From Eremomyces bilateralis CBS 781.70 (lineage: Eukaryota), in NCBI GenBank assembly GCA_010015585.1, contig ML975155.1: 20,000 bases of DNA. One strand, 5' to 3'. Below the pieces are notes generated by a model that saw only the letters and a list, made by a program, of their open reading frames with translations, made no database searches and was not told the origin of the DNA. Position numbers and translations under genes: made by a program. How positions within the stretch are numbered: position 1 is the first letter of the stretch; every line of letters begins with the position of its first letter. Below, piece by piece: positions 19,970 through 20,000 of the stretch.

Positions 19970-20000
19970 GTAAGTCGACTTCTCTAAGATAGACGAGATA
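18553..20000 (+). repeat. Tandem array with a 71-bp period (20 full units plus a partial one, continuing past the window); each unit is a 68-nt intron-like sequence plus a variable 3-nt spacer
   Basis: Consensus GTAAGTCGACTTCTCTAAGATAGACGAGATATTATGACGGCTGACCGTGGTCTTATTTATTGGTATAG followed by NNN. Unit starts: 18553, 18624, 18695, 18766, 18837, 18906, 18977, 19048, 19119, 19190, 19260, 19331, 19402, 19473, 19544, 19615, 19686, 19757, 19828, 19899, 19970. Confidence 0.98.

Noticed and set aside
18553..20000. CRISPR array (constant repeat plus variable spacer)
   Set aside because: The repeat is 68 nt and the spacers are only 3 nt and recurrent. The context is eukaryotic with no cas genes, and the repeat is fully explained by splice signals.
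18553..20000. Unspliced coding repeat, or telomeric/rDNA repeat
   Set aside because: The period of 71 is not a multiple of 3, units are full of stop codons and the ORF track has nothing here. There are no TTAGGG tracts or rRNA-like sequence.

Overview
Eukaryotic DNA from a filamentous ascomycete (Pezizomycotina-type GT-AG introns of about 45-100 nt with CTRAC branch points). The first 16.6 kb holds five minus-strand genes: coatomer beta' (SEC27, 5 exons seen, runs off the left edge), the signalling mucin Msb2 (with a long AUG-depleted leader and two predicted UTR introns), a Cuz1/ZFAND1-like double AN1 zinc-finger protein, a BTB/POZ protein (2 exons) and an aldo-keto reductase (4 exons). The standout is 18550-20000 (+). 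It looks like a 71-bp minisatellite, but each unit is a complete, near-identical 68-nt spliceosomal intron (GTAAGT...GCTRAC...TAG) followed by a variable 3-nt spacer. There are 20 complete introns, a 21st truncated at the window edge, and 21 codon-sized microexons. Joined in phase 0 they read HEIREIWIREAEIAEAIRREE with no stop. I infer a gene segment built one codon per exon by tandem intron amplification, possibly a combinatorial diversification cassette. The rest of the host gene lies beyond the window, and no transcript evidence is available here.
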